Shown one piece after another: positions 9,169-18,375 of a DNA stretch of 36,849 nt. The notes beneath the pieces were generated by a model. It was given only the letters and a program-made list of their open reading frames with translations, was not told where the DNA came from and made no database searches. A program made the position numbers and the translations under genes. Source of the DNA: a virus (lineage: Duplodnaviria; Heunggongvirae; Uroviricota; Caudoviricetes); the IMG/VR virus record IMGVR_UViG_2663763326_000006. The stretch is one strand, 5' to 3'. Each line of letters starts with the position of its first letter. The first letter of the stretch is position 1.

Positions 9169-9933
9169 TCAGAAGTTGCAGATTAGCAGTTCACGGCGCG
9201 GCGTGGGTTTACCCGCCAGACTGTAGTTGATATTCACTGTCTGTATGTTCAGTCCAGTGAACACCTCGCGCATCTGCGGGATGTCGTTCACCGAAATTAT
9301 CATTTTTCCTCTGATGCACCGGGCCAGCTCTGCCAGCCGCGAGTAGTTCCCTTCAGGAAAATCCACACCATAGCCTTCCGTACCCAGGTACGGTGGGTCG
9401 CAGTAGAACAGCGTGTGCGGACGATCATAACGCTCAATGCACTGTTGCCAGTCCATGTGTTCTATGACTGTTCTGGAAAGCCGCAGGTGTGCCGCTGACA
9501 GTTCTTCTTCAATACGTAGCAGGTTGAAGCGTGGCGGGGATGTGGTGGAGGTACCGAAGCTGTGCTCTGCCACCTTGCCGCCAAACGCCTGCTTCTGAAG
9601 GTAGTAGAACCGTGCCGCACGCTGGATATCCGTCAGTGTTTCTTCCGGGGTGATCTGCAGCCATTTGTAGATCTGACGGCTGACCAGCGCCCATTTGAAC
9701 TGGCGGACAAATTCTTCCAGGTGATGCTTTACCACCCGGTACAGATTCACCAGTTCACCGTTGATATCATTGATGACTTCGATCTTGCCGGGTGTCTTAA
9801 GAAAATAGAGCGCTGCTGCCCCACAAAACGGCTCCACATAACATTCATGCGCCGGAAACAGCGGCAGAATGTGTTTTGCAAGGCGGCGTTTGCCACCAAT
9901 CCACGGCACGATGGGTAATGTCTGCATTTTCAT
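9169..9933 (-). CDS. Dam-family N6-adenine DNA methyltransferase (about 254 aa)
   Basis: N-terminal PWIGGKRRL motif and catalytic DPPY (FYCDPPYLG); start chosen at MKMQTLP. Confidence 0.8.
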   Translation of the reverse strand: MKMQTLPIVPWIGGKRRLAKHILPLFPAHECYVEPFCGAAALYFLKTPGKIEVINDINGELVNLYRVVKHHLEEFVRQFKWALVSRQIYKWLQITPEETLTDIQRAARFYYLQKQAFGGKVAEHSFGTSTTSPPRFNLLRIEEELSAAHLRLSRTVIEHMDWQQCIERYDRPHTLFYCDPPYLGTEGYGVDFPEGNYSRLAELARCIRGKMIISVNDIPQMREVFTGLNIQTVNINYSLAGKPTPRRELLICNF

Positions 9934-10123
9934 AATCTGCAAGCCTTTTACAATTATTAAAAAATATGGCAGTCTGGTCAGGTCTCGCGAGACTGACTGA
10001 ACCTTGGTCGGCTCACAGCGCATTCCTGTGGGGCGATGACCAGCCCGGCTTTCGGGTGCCGGGCTGGTCGTTCTTTCATGATGCGGCAGGGATGGCGGGA
10101 TTTCTGTTAATGTGGTTTAGGGA

Positions 10124-10339
10124 TTATCCGGGGCGATTTTCTGACCTTATCCGGTCCAGGGCATAAGTAATACCTTCTGCAAAAACAGAAGTATCAAACT
10201 GCTTTTGTATTCCCTGAAAATGAAAAGCGGCACGACAGACACTCAGTTCTCCGCGGTATAACCGGATAATATCTTCCAGAACATTGTTCACTGCTTCAGC
10301 ACGGCGCTGATGTTCTGTTAACGTTAATCGGGGATTCAT
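10124..10339 (-). CDS. hypothetical small protein (71 aa)
   Basis: ORF upstream of the methyltransferase; start codon overlaps the divergent start of the 134-aa ORF. Confidence 0.35.
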   Translation of the reverse strand: MNPRLTLTEHQRRAEAVNNVLEDIIRLYRGELSVCRAAFHFQGIQKQFDTSVFAEGITYALDRIRSENRPG

Positions 10340-10742
10340 GATGCACTCCTTAAATGATGATTTTTATGTACTCACCGGCAAAATATTCTGCCGATTACTG
10401 AACACGCATCCGGCACCTCAGGTTTTGATTTATTCTGGTTTTTTCGATATCCCGGACCAGGTTGATCACGACCAGAAAAAGTGCCGGTGTTTTATTGATA
10501 CGCTGATATGGCTTCGGGATAACAGCTATATTCGTTACTCTCAGTTGCTGGCTGTGGGAGCGGCTGATGTCGTCCTCACGGAAAAAACGCTCTGTCTGCT
10601 CAATGCCATGCCGACCTTTCTGCAGCCCCGGCCCGTACCATTTAAAGAGTCACTTCTGGATGCAGTAAAAACCGGTGAAAATGCAGTCATCGCTGAATGC
10701 GTATCCCGGATTATGCGTTACGTGTTTAATGAACGTAAGTGA
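10338..10742 (+). CDS. hypothetical protein (134 aa)
   Basis: Lower-GC ORF filling the 378-bp gap in the minus-strand gene run; 25-bp convergent overlap with the NTPase gene. Confidence 0.4.
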   Translation: MMHSLNDDFYVLTGKIFCRLLNTHPAPQVLIYSGFFDIPDQVDHDQKKCRCFIDTLIWLRDNSYIRYSQLLAVGAADVVLTEKTLCLLNAMPTFLQPRPVPFKESLLDAVKTGENAVIAECVSRIMRYVFNERK

Positions 10743-11446
10743 GGTTTATCCGCTGTCTGCATAATCCCGATAGCCAGTGCGAGGGGAAGTAATTCCGGGG
10801 AAACTCTTTCAAACAGCGATGCCCATTCTCCTCTCGCCATCACTCTGTCCAGCCCGCCCTCCAGTTGCATTTCAGCAATCTTCCTGATTTCCCGGAACAA
10901 CGCCGCTTTGATCTCTTCATGCTCAGCTTTATTTTCCGGTGTCAGAAGGTATTCGTCGAAGAACCGGGGAGGCTGGTTAATCGGGATGTGTTCCTGTTTG
11001 CCGTACTTCGGGGACGAACAACATTCTGTTGACTGACCAGTGAGTTTACGTAACTCCTTCATGAGCAGCTCCTGATCGTAAACTGTCATCAGTGCCGCAA
11101 TGGTGGCATGCAGTGCATCGGGCAGTATCCAGGGTTGCCGGCCCGTGGGGCATATAACATCCAGCAGCTCATTCGTCCGACAGATACGCTCCTCGCCGTA
11201 TGACAACAGGCCCTGTCCCGTGTATTCCTCCAGCCTGATCACTGTGCCAGCCCGTGGTTTCTGCCATGTGCTCAGATCATCCCCACTCATACGGCGCTCA
11301 CCGTCCACGTCTGCGGCGTCGACAATGACGCTGTTTCCGAATTCCTGTTTCACCACTTCCTCTATTCGCGCCAGTACGTAACTTTTACCGCTGCCCACAG
11401 GACCGGACACGGTGACAGTGATGACCGGATTCAGTGTCTGCGTCAT
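10718..11446 (-). CDS. P-loop NTPase of unknown function (242 aa)
   Basis: N-terminal Walker A VSGPVGSGKSYV; the rest has no motif I can place. Confidence 0.55.
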   Translation of the reverse strand: MTQTLNPVITVTVSGPVGSGKSYVLARIEEVVKQEFGNSVIVDAADVDGERRMSGDDLSTWQKPRAGTVIRLEEYTGQGLLSYGEERICRTNELLDVICPTGRQPWILPDALHATIAALMTVYDQELLMKELRKLTGQSTECCSSPKYGKQEHIPINQPPRFFDEYLLTPENKAEHEEIKAALFREIRKIAEMQLEGGLDRVMARGEWASLFERVSPELLPLALAIGIMQTADKPHLRSLNT

Positions 11447-11516
11447 ATCGTATTCTCCTCTGTGAATAATTCATCGTTTATCCTGCACATCCCGTATCCC
11501 CGGCTCTCTTAACGCG

Positions 11517-11526
11517 CTTTAAAATC
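11517..11526 (+). promoter_or_regulatory. CTTTAAAATC motif, candidate late-promoter element upstream of lysis operon
   Basis: One of four near-identical 10-mers 31-56 bp upstream of late operon starts; flanked by GCGC. Confidence 0.35.
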
Positions 11527-11576
11527 CTTCGCGCCCTGTATTTGTGATGCTGTCTCCACCAGATAAGGAGACACAC

Positions 11577-11927
11577 ATGAAAAACCTGAAAAAATTCATT
11601 CCCCCTGTTAAAAAACCTCGCCTCAGCGGCTGGCTGCTGACCTCAGTGCTGTTGCTGGGCACCATCGCTCTGGTCTCACCACAGCAGCTGCCTGTTGTGA
11701 TCTACAAGCTGGCACTCATCACGCTGGCAGCAGTGCTGGGTTACTGGCTTGACCGTTCGCTCTTCCCCAAAGCCCGTCCCGGTCAGTACCTGAAACATGA
11801 CGACAGGCTGATGGCTGAAGGGCGTTTCCCGGTACAGACCGGCCTTCACCTGGTGTTTTCTGCTGCGTTAATCCGCCGTGCACTGATTGTTGCAGCGGTC
11901 TGCCTGGCTGTTGCGATGGGGCTTTAA
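11577..11927 (+). CDS. putative holin, three TM segments (about 116 aa)
   Basis: AAGGAG RBS 7 nt upstream of ATG at 11577; three hydrophobic helices; immediately precedes endolysin. Confidence 0.5.
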   Translation: MKNLKKFIPPVKKPRLSGWLLTSVLLLGTIALVSPQQLPVVIYKLALITLAAVLGYWLDRSLFPKARPGQYLKHDDRLMAEGRFPVQTGLHLVFSAALIRRALIVAAVCLAVAMGL

Positions 11928-11929
11928 TC

Positions 11930-12670
11930 ATGAACTGGCCGCAGATCACCTGGATTGTATGCATGTCCCTGAAACTGGCTTTCGAAGCCTTTCGGGTCTT
12001 CATCAGAACCGAACGCCTGTCAGTCCGCGCCGGGACCTTTCTGGTTCATATGGCATGGGTATTCTTTGTCGCAATGTTGCTCTGGTGTGGCGGCTTTTTC
12101 AGCCAGGCATGCGCAGCACAACCTCCGCAGGCTGCGCTGCAGTATCGCGATGATGTGATCCGTAATGCCCGGCTTGAATGGGGACTGTCTGCGCCGGTGG
12201 CCGATTTCGCCGCGCAACTGCATCAGGAAAGCGGCTGGCGACCTGATGCGATCTCGCCGGCTGGCGCTCAGGGACTGGCGCAGTTCATGCCTGCCACTGC
12301 CGACTGGATAAGCCAGTTGATACCGATGCTGAGCAGTCGTGAGCCGTTTAATCCGGCATGGGCTATCCGGGCGCTGGTCAGCTATGACCGCTGGCTGTGG
12401 CAGCGTGTCAGCGCCGCCAGTGACTGCGAGCGTATGGCCATGACACTGTCGGGCTATAACGGTGGTCTGGGCTGGGTACAACGGGACAGGCGGCTTGCAT
12501 CACAGAAAGGTCTGGACAGCACCCGCTGGTTCGGACATGTCGCCACGGTGAATGCCGGACGCAATGCGGCCAGCTGGCGGGAGAACCGCCATTATCCGCA
12601 GCGCATCCTGCGCGAACTGGCACCGCGATATCTCACATGGGGAGGCAGCAGTTGTGTGGCATCTGGTTAA
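11930..12670 (+). CDS. endolysin, SLT-domain lytic transglycosylase with N-terminal hydrophobic extension
   Basis: SLT catalytic region QLHQESGWRPDAISPAGAQGLAQFMP; N-terminal hydrophobic stretch MAWVFFVAMLLWCGGFF. Confidence 0.75.
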   Translation: MNWPQITWIVCMSLKLAFEAFRVFIRTERLSVRAGTFLVHMAWVFFVAMLLWCGGFFSQACAAQPPQAALQYRDDVIRNARLEWGLSAPVADFAAQLHQESGWRPDAISPAGAQGLAQFMPATADWISQLIPMLSSREPFNPAWAIRALVSYDRWLWQRVSAASDCERMAMTLSGYNGGLGWVQRDRRLASQKGLDSTRWFGHVATVNAGRNAASWRENRHYPQRILRELAPRYLTWGGSSCVASG

Positions 12671-13304
12671 AAAGCTGCCGTGGCGCGGCATTCTGCTGGC
12701 CATTCTTATCAATGCCTTTCTGGTCGGCCTGTATGCCATGGGATACAGAAGTGGTCATGACTCTGCAAAGCGTGACGGTGATACCGCGCTAAGTCAGTTG
12801 CAGTCAGCATTTGACGCGTACAAAACGGAGCAGGCAACGCTTGAGAATGCTGCGCTGCGGGCCTGGGCCAGACGGTATCAGGAGCAGGTGGCCGCCGGGC
12901 AGCGGGCTGAAGCCGGTTATCTTGAGCAGATTGCTCAACTGGAGAGCCGGAACAAACAACTACAGGGGCAAATTAACGATGTCACACAGCGCTGGATTGA
13001 TGAAAAAGGTAAGAGTCATCCCATTGAGTGCGTGTTTACTCGCGGTTTCGTGCGCCAGTACAACGCCGCACTCGGATATGACAACGCATCCGTCGACACC
13101 GGTCATTCAGACTCAGTTGCCGCCACTGGCACCCGCTCTGGCACAGCGACCGGGCAACCTGAAACCACTGACACCCGGTTACGCGATTCGGGTGTCTCCC
13201 AGCGTGACGTTCTCGCCAACATCATCGACAACGCATGGCAATGTCGTCGCTGGCGGAACCAGATAAACGCGCTGCTGGATGAACGGGAAGGATTACAGAA
13301 ATGA
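12654..13304 (+). CDS. Rz-like i-spanin (about 216 aa)
   Basis: GTG start with GGAGG RBS 8 nt upstream; N-terminal TM ILLAILINAFLVGLY then coiled-coil periplasmic domain. Confidence 0.55.
   Translation: MWHLVKKLPWRGILLAILINAFLVGLYAMGYRSGHDSAKRDGDTALSQLQSAFDAYKTEQATLENAALRAWARRYQEQVAAGQRAEAGYLEQIAQLESRNKQLQGQINDVTQRWIDEKGKSHPIECVFTRGFVRQYNAALGYDNASVDTGHSDSVAATGTRSGTATGQPETTDTRLRDSGVSQRDVLANIIDNAWQCRRWRNQINALLDEREGLQK
13000..13266 (+). CDS. Rz1-like o-spanin embedded in +1 frame of the i-spanin gene (88 aa)
   Basis: MKKVRVIPLSACLLAVSC lipoprotein-type signal then proline-rich mature part, wholly inside the Rz-like gene. Confidence 0.5.
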   Translation: MKKVRVIPLSACLLAVSCASTTPHSDMTTHPSTPVIQTQLPPLAPALAQRPGNLKPLTPGYAIRVSPSVTFSPTSSTTHGNVVAGGTR

Positions 13305-13627
13305 CACTGCAGGTTGAATTCTGGACGGTGGTGAGTTTTCTGCTCACCTTCATGAGGTTTGTGGGAGGGCTCGCCAAATGGTTGTTCAGTAAAACAGAAG
13401 AACGCCAGGCGGCACGATTCGCCTCCCTTGAACAGGCCCTGCAACAATCCGCCTCCAACTGGGGCGAGCTGGAAAAAGAATTTATGCGATTTAAAGCGGA
13501 TTTACCGCTGAATTATGTCCGTCGAGAGGATTATATCCGTGGCCAGACAGTCATTGAGGCCAAACTGGACGCGCTTTATAACAAACTGGAAGTGGTACAG
13601 CAGTACCGCAATACCGGAGGTCAATAA
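13301..13627 (+). CDS. membrane-anchored phage protein (108 aa)
   Basis: N-terminal TM followed by coiled-coil; start overlaps spanin stop. Confidence 0.45.
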   Translation: MTLQVEFWTVVSFLLTFMRFVGGLAKWLFSKTEERQAARFASLEQALQQSASNWGELEKEFMRFKADLPLNYVRREDYIRGQTVIEAKLDALYNKLEVVQQYRNTGGQ

Positions 13628-13938
13628 TGGTCGATATTACCCGGGTACGCCGCGAATCCCTGCGCTGGAGTCTGCTGGTTGCCCTGAACAAGACCCGCCC
13701 TTACACCGCCAGCGAGACGCTGCTGCTGGATGTGTCCCGTGCCATCTACCCGGACACCACACCGCTGGAACTGCGCCGCGAACTGGATTATCTGGCTGAC
13801 CGTAAAATGGTTGAGCTGGAGAAAAAACCTTCTGGCGACTGGTTTGCTGACCTGACCCGCCTCGGCGTAGACCTGGTGGAATACACCGTGGAATGTGGTC
13901 CGGGTATTGCCCGCCCGGAAAAGTACTGGAGTGAATAA
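13627..13938 (+). CDS. hypothetical phage protein preceding terminase genes (103 aa)
   Basis: ATGA overlap coupling with neighbours. Confidence 0.45.
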   Translation: MVDITRVRRESLRWSLLVALNKTRPYTASETLLLDVSRAIYPDTTPLELRRELDYLADRKMVELEKKPSGDWFADLTRLGVDLVEYTVECGPGIARPEKYWSE

Positions 13939-14483
13939 TGGCCAGACGCAGCACAATAGAAAAGCTGCCGGAAGACGTGCGCCGCTGGCTTGAACGGGCG
14001 CTGACTGAATCCGGCTTCAGCGGGTATAACGAGCTGGAGTCACTGTTGCGTGAGCGGGGGTACGTCATCAGCAAATCCGCTATCCATCGCTATGGACAGA
14101 AGATTGAGCGCCGCTATGGTGCTATCCGTGCGGCAACAGAAGCGGCCCGCATGCTGACCGAAGGCGCAGCAGACGATCAGGATGCGCGTTCGGAGGCTGT
14201 GATAGCCCTTATTCAGACCGAGCTGTTCGAGAGTATTGTCCAGTTGCAGGAGGCGGAAGAAGGCGAAGTCGATCCTAAAGAACGCGTGGCCCTGCTGTCG
14301 AAGGTGGCGAAGAATGTGGCTACGCTGTCCCGCGCGTCCGTCAACCTCAAAAAGTTCCAGTCTGAAGTACGGGCCAGAGCGCAGCAGGCAGCCAGCAACG
14401 CCGAGAAAATTGCCCGTAAGGGGGGACTGTCAAGCGACGCAGTACAGGCGCTTCGTCGCGAGATTCTGGGGATTGCCACATGA
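13938..14483 (+). CDS. terminase small subunit-like protein (Mu gp27 family, 181 aa)
   Basis: Immediately upstream of, and overlapping, the large terminase; N-terminal HTH-like RRSTIEKLPEDVRRWLERAL. Confidence 0.55.
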   Translation: MARRSTIEKLPEDVRRWLERALTESGFSGYNELESLLRERGYVISKSAIHRYGQKIERRYGAIRAATEAARMLTEGAADDQDARSEAVIALIQTELFESIVQLQEAEEGEVDPKERVALLSKVAKNVATLSRASVNLKKFQSEVRARAQQAASNAEKIARKGGLSSDAVQALRREILGIAT

Positions 14484-16075
14484 CAAAATCATCCGGAGTG
14501 ATTTTAAACGCCGCTGGCGGCGGCCCCGAAGGGATGAGTCCCATGGACGGGAGGAATAACCTTGCTCCCGTTTTGCCTGATACCTCGGCGCTGGATGCCC
14601 CTCCCGTTCTGTTGCCTTACCAGCAGCGCTGGGTGGCAGACACCTCTCCGCTTAAGGTGATAGAAAAGAGCCGTCGTACCGGTATTACATGGGCTGAGGC
14701 ATCCGATAACGTACTGACCGCCGCCTCTTCTGCGCCAGCAGGCGGGATGAATGTGTATTACATCGCTTATAACCAGGACATGACCGTCGAATACATTCAG
14801 GCGTGTGCGATGTGGGCACGGGCATTCAACTATGCGGCCAGTGAAATTGAAGAAGGATTCTGGGAAGAGGACGACGACGACAAACACATCAAGACTTACA
14901 CCATCAAATTTCCTGACTCCGGCTTTCGTATTGTTGCGCTCTCCAGCCGCCCGTCTAACCTGCGTGGCCGTCAGGGTATTATTGTTATCGACGAAGCGGC
15001 GTTCCATGAGCAACTGGACGAACTGCTGAAAGCGGCGCTGGCGATGCTTATCTGGGGGGGAAAGGTACGCGTTATCTCCACCCATGACGGTGACGACAAT
15101 CCGTTCAATACGCTTATCGGGGATATCCGTGCCGGACGTCAGGGAGGCAGCATACATCGCATCACTTTCCGGGAAGCCGTATCTGAGGGGCTGTTCCGGC
15201 GCGTCTGTCTGCGCACCGGGAAGGAATGGTCGGAGGCATCCGAGCAGGCCTGGATGGCATCGGTGTACAAATTCTACGGTGCCGGCGCATCCGAAGAGCT
15301 TGACTGTATTCCGGCCAACGGTGGCGGTGCCTGGCTGTCCCGTGCCCTGATAGAGTCCCGCATGTCCGCTGATACGCCGGTATTGCGTCTGACCTGCAAG
15401 GAAGGTTATGAACTGCTGTCTGATGAGGTTCGCTTCCGCGAGACGCAGGACTGGCTTGATGAGTATCTGAAACCATTGCTGGAGGCACTCCCCACTGATG
15501 CCCGCTCTTTCCTGGGGCGCGACTTTGGCCGTAGCGGTGATTTGTCGGTGGACTATCCCCTGCTGCAGGAGAAGAACCTGGTACGACGCGTGCCATTCGT
15601 ACTGGAGCTGCGTAACGTGCCGTTCAGACAGCAGGAGCAAATCACCTGGTATCTGATGGATGGCCTGCCCGGTCTGCTGGGTGCAGCGTTTGATGCCCGT
15701 GGTAATGGTGCCTATCTGGCTGAATACGCCATGCAGCGCTACGGCTCCGGCCGGGTTCAGCAGGTGATGCCAACCGAAGGCTGGTACCGGGAGCATATGC
15801 CTCCGGTCAAAGCTGCACTGGAAGACGGCAACCTGGTGGACTTACCAAAGGATGAAGACACACTGGATGACCTGCGGGCCGTTCAGGTGGTGAACGGTGT
15901 CCCCCGCGTACCGGAGCAACGCTCAAAAGCAAAGGCTGACGGTGGTAAACGCCACGGGGATTCAGCCATCGCACTGGCGCTGGCGTATTTCGCCAGCCGT
16001 GAAATTAACAAAGGGCCGGTGAAGGCAAGCTCACGCCGTCGTCGTCAGGCGGCCCGTATGCTGGAGGGATTCTGA
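14480..16075 (+). CDS. terminase large subunit (Mu gp28-like, 531 aa)
   Basis: Size, ATPase N-terminal region with acidic Walker-B-like IIVIDEAAF, synteny with portal. Confidence 0.85.
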   Translation: MTKSSGVILNAAGGGPEGMSPMDGRNNLAPVLPDTSALDAPPVLLPYQQRWVADTSPLKVIEKSRRTGITWAEASDNVLTAASSAPAGGMNVYYIAYNQDMTVEYIQACAMWARAFNYAASEIEEGFWEEDDDDKHIKTYTIKFPDSGFRIVALSSRPSNLRGRQGIIVIDEAAFHEQLDELLKAALAMLIWGGKVRVISTHDGDDNPFNTLIGDIRAGRQGGSIHRITFREAVSEGLFRRVCLRTGKEWSEASEQAWMASVYKFYGAGASEELDCIPANGGGAWLSRALIESRMSADTPVLRLTCKEGYELLSDEVRFRETQDWLDEYLKPLLEALPTDARSFLGRDFGRSGDLSVDYPLLQEKNLVRRVPFVLELRNVPFRQQEQITWYLMDGLPGLLGAAFDARGNGAYLAEYAMQRYGSGRVQQVMPTEGWYREHMPPVKAALEDGNLVDLPKDEDTLDDLRAVQVVNGVPRVPEQRSKAKADGGKRHGDSAIALALAYFASREINKGPVKASSRRRRQAARMLEGF

Positions 16076-17571
16076 TGGCGAGGGGTATCTGGGTTTCACC
16101 CGATGAATTTGTTGCTTTTTCTGAGCCTCAGAAATCACTGACCGCGCAGATTGCCTCCCGCAGCCGCGCGATCGACTTTTACGGACTGGGCATGTATCTG
16201 CCCAATCCTGATCCCATTCTCAAGGCTCAGGGACGGGATATCCGTATCTACCGCGAACTGCGCACCGACCCGCTGGTCGGGGGCTGTATCCGCAGACGTA
16301 AAGCAGCGCTCAAATCGCTGGAGCGTGGACTGGAGCGTGGTCACGCCTCTGCCCGGGTCTTCCGTTTCATCCGCGACATGCTCGACGATCTGGATCTGTC
16401 CCGCATCATCGGTGAAATGAGCGATGCCGTGCTCTACGGGTATCAGCCCTGTGAAATCATGTGGGGCCGTTCGGTCAGGTCGTGGGCGGTGACGGATATT
16501 GTCGGCAAACCGCCTGAGTGGTTTCAGTTTGATACGGACAACTGCCTGCGCTTTCGGGCGCGTGATGCGGGTGTGGAGGGTGAGCTGCTGTCACCGTCAA
16601 AATTCGTGGTGCCGGCACAGGATGCCTCGTATGACAATCCTTACGGTTTCCCGGACCTGTCCATGTGCTTCTGGCCGGTCGCCTTCAAGAAAGGCGGGAT
16701 GAAATTCTGGCTCCGCTTTGCCGAAAAGTTTGGCTCCCCGTGGGTGATCGGTAAGCACCCGAGGGGCGCAAATGATGCAGAGATTGAAAAACTGCTGGAC
16801 TCCATGGAGCAGATGGTGGAGGACGCGGTGGCCGCCATCCCCGATGACAGCAGTATTGAGCTCAGGGCAGCGGATGGCAAGGCAGACAGCAGCGAGGTAT
16901 TTCGCGAGCTGATCACACTGTCACGCAGTGAGATCTCCATTGCATTACTCGGTCAGAATCAGACCACGGAAGCGAACAGTAACAAGGCCTCTGCACAGGC
17001 CGGGCTGGAGGTAACGGCTGATATCCGCGATGCGGATGCGGACATCATTCAGGCGGCAGTGAATCAGGTCATCAGAACGGTGGTCACCCTGAACTTCGGC
17101 GATGTGCCGTGTCCGGTCTGGGCCATGTGGGAACAGGAGGCCATTGATGACACCCGTGCCACCCGCGACGAAAAACTCACCCGGGCGGGTCTGCGTCTGA
17201 CCCCGCAGTACTTCAAGCGTGAGTACCAACTGCAGGACGGCGATATTGACGAGACACCACCGTCGGAACGCCAGAATAACATGCTGCCGCTGTCATTTGC
17301 CGAGGCGATTGATGCTGATATTCAGGCTCAGCAGCAGCTTGACGACGCGCTGGACATTCTGATGAACGGAGGCGCGTTAAATGGCACGCTGGAACCCGTC
17401 CTGGCACCTCTGTTCAGGCGGGTCGAAAACGGGGTTAACCCGTCTGAGCTGCTGGGCGAACTGGCGGAGCTCTACCCTCAGATGAACACGGACGATCTGC
17501 AGGAGCGGCTGGCCCGCATTCTCTTTGTGGCAAATATCCGGGGACGTCTGCATGAGCGTGACAACGGCTGA
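16075..17571 (+). CDS. portal protein (Mu gp29-like, 498 aa)
   Basis: Size and position between terminase and F-like head morphogenesis gene. Confidence 0.8.
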   Translation: MARGIWVSPDEFVAFSEPQKSLTAQIASRSRAIDFYGLGMYLPNPDPILKAQGRDIRIYRELRTDPLVGGCIRRRKAALKSLERGLERGHASARVFRFIRDMLDDLDLSRIIGEMSDAVLYGYQPCEIMWGRSVRSWAVTDIVGKPPEWFQFDTDNCLRFRARDAGVEGELLSPSKFVVPAQDASYDNPYGFPDLSMCFWPVAFKKGGMKFWLRFAEKFGSPWVIGKHPRGANDAEIEKLLDSMEQMVEDAVAAIPDDSSIELRAADGKADSSEVFRELITLSRSEISIALLGQNQTTEANSNKASAQAGLEVTADIRDADADIIQAAVNQVIRTVVTLNFGDVPCPVWAMWEQEAIDDTRATRDEKLTRAGLRLTPQYFKREYQLQDGDIDETPPSERQNNMLPLSFAEAIDADIQAQQQLDDALDILMNGGALNGTLEPVLAPLFRRVENGVNPSELLGELAELYPQMNTDDLQERLARILFVANIRGRLHERDNG

Positions 17572-18373
17572 ACTGGCGTACTGCATGACGCTTCCCCCGA
17601 AGCGGGCAATCAACTACCTGAAGTCCAAAGGATATCAGATTACCTGGGACTGGGAAGAAATGTGGCAGGAGGCCCATGCCCGCGCCTTTACCGTTGCTAA
17701 AGTGACCCGCCTGGATATCCTGGAAGATATTCGCGGGGCACTGCAGCAGGCTGTCGATGAAGGAAAAACCGATCGCTGGTTCCGGCAGGAGCTGGAGCCG
17801 GTGCTGAAGCGTAAGGGATGGTGGGGACCACGTGACACGACTGACCCGGTAACGGGTGAGCCGGTCACCATTCAGCAGGGCAGTCCGTGGCGGCTCGATA
17901 CCATCTTTCGCACCAATATGTCCGTACTCTACAGCGCCGGTCGTTGGGCGGAACAGATGGAAAACGTCGACGACAGGCCGTACTGGATGTATACCGGCAT
18001 CAACGACAGCCATACCCGCAGGAGCCATCTGGCGCTGCATGGTCTGGTGCTGCGCTGGGATGACCCGTTCTGGCAGGCATTTTACCCGCCGAACGGCTGG
18101 CGCTGCCGCTGTAGTGTTATTGCCCTGAGTGCGGCGGATGTACGTGCCCGTGGCCTGAAGGTTATCAGCTCCGGCTCTGCCATGGGCCAGGAACTGAAAC
18201 TGGTCTCAGAGAAAACCGGCGAAATGCGGAACGTGGCCACCTTTAATACCGGCACCACGAAGGTGACCACCGACGTCGGCTGGTCTTATGCTCCGGGGGC
18301 AGCATACCGTCCCGACCTGGCCCGCTATCAGGGTACGCTTCAGCCACTGGCACAACAGGAACTGAGAGGATAA
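17552..18373 (+). CDS. head morphogenesis protein (Mu F / gp30-like)
   Basis: Follows portal; start set to ATG 17552 overlapping portal end (alternative 17525). Confidence 0.65.
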   Translation: MSVTTAELAYCMTLPPKRAINYLKSKGYQITWDWEEMWQEAHARAFTVAKVTRLDILEDIRGALQQAVDEGKTDRWFRQELEPVLKRKGWWGPRDTTDPVTGEPVTIQQGSPWRLDTIFRTNMSVLYSAGRWAEQMENVDDRPYWMYTGINDSHTRRSHLALHGLVLRWDDPFWQAFYPPNGWRCRCSVIALSAADVRARGLKVISSGSAMGQELKLVSEKTGEMRNVATFNTGTTKVTTDVGWSYAPGAAYRPDLARYQGTLQPLAQQELRG

Positions 18374-18375
18374 CA

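Noticed and set aside
9000-9230. 76-aa plus-strand ORF after the repressor gene
   Set aside because: Runs through the repressor terminator hairpin and into the methyltransferase 3-prime end on the opposite strand; no RBS
12552-12653. Longer 250-aa version of the spanin ORF starting inside the endolysin gene
   Set aside because: Upstream extension overlaps about 100 bp of endolysin coding sequence without an RBS; GTG at 12654 with GGAGG RBS is the more plausible start
14504-15796. 430-aa minus-strand ORF antisense to the large terminase gene
   Set aside because: Lies entirely inside the terminase gene on the opposite strand; junk-like composition
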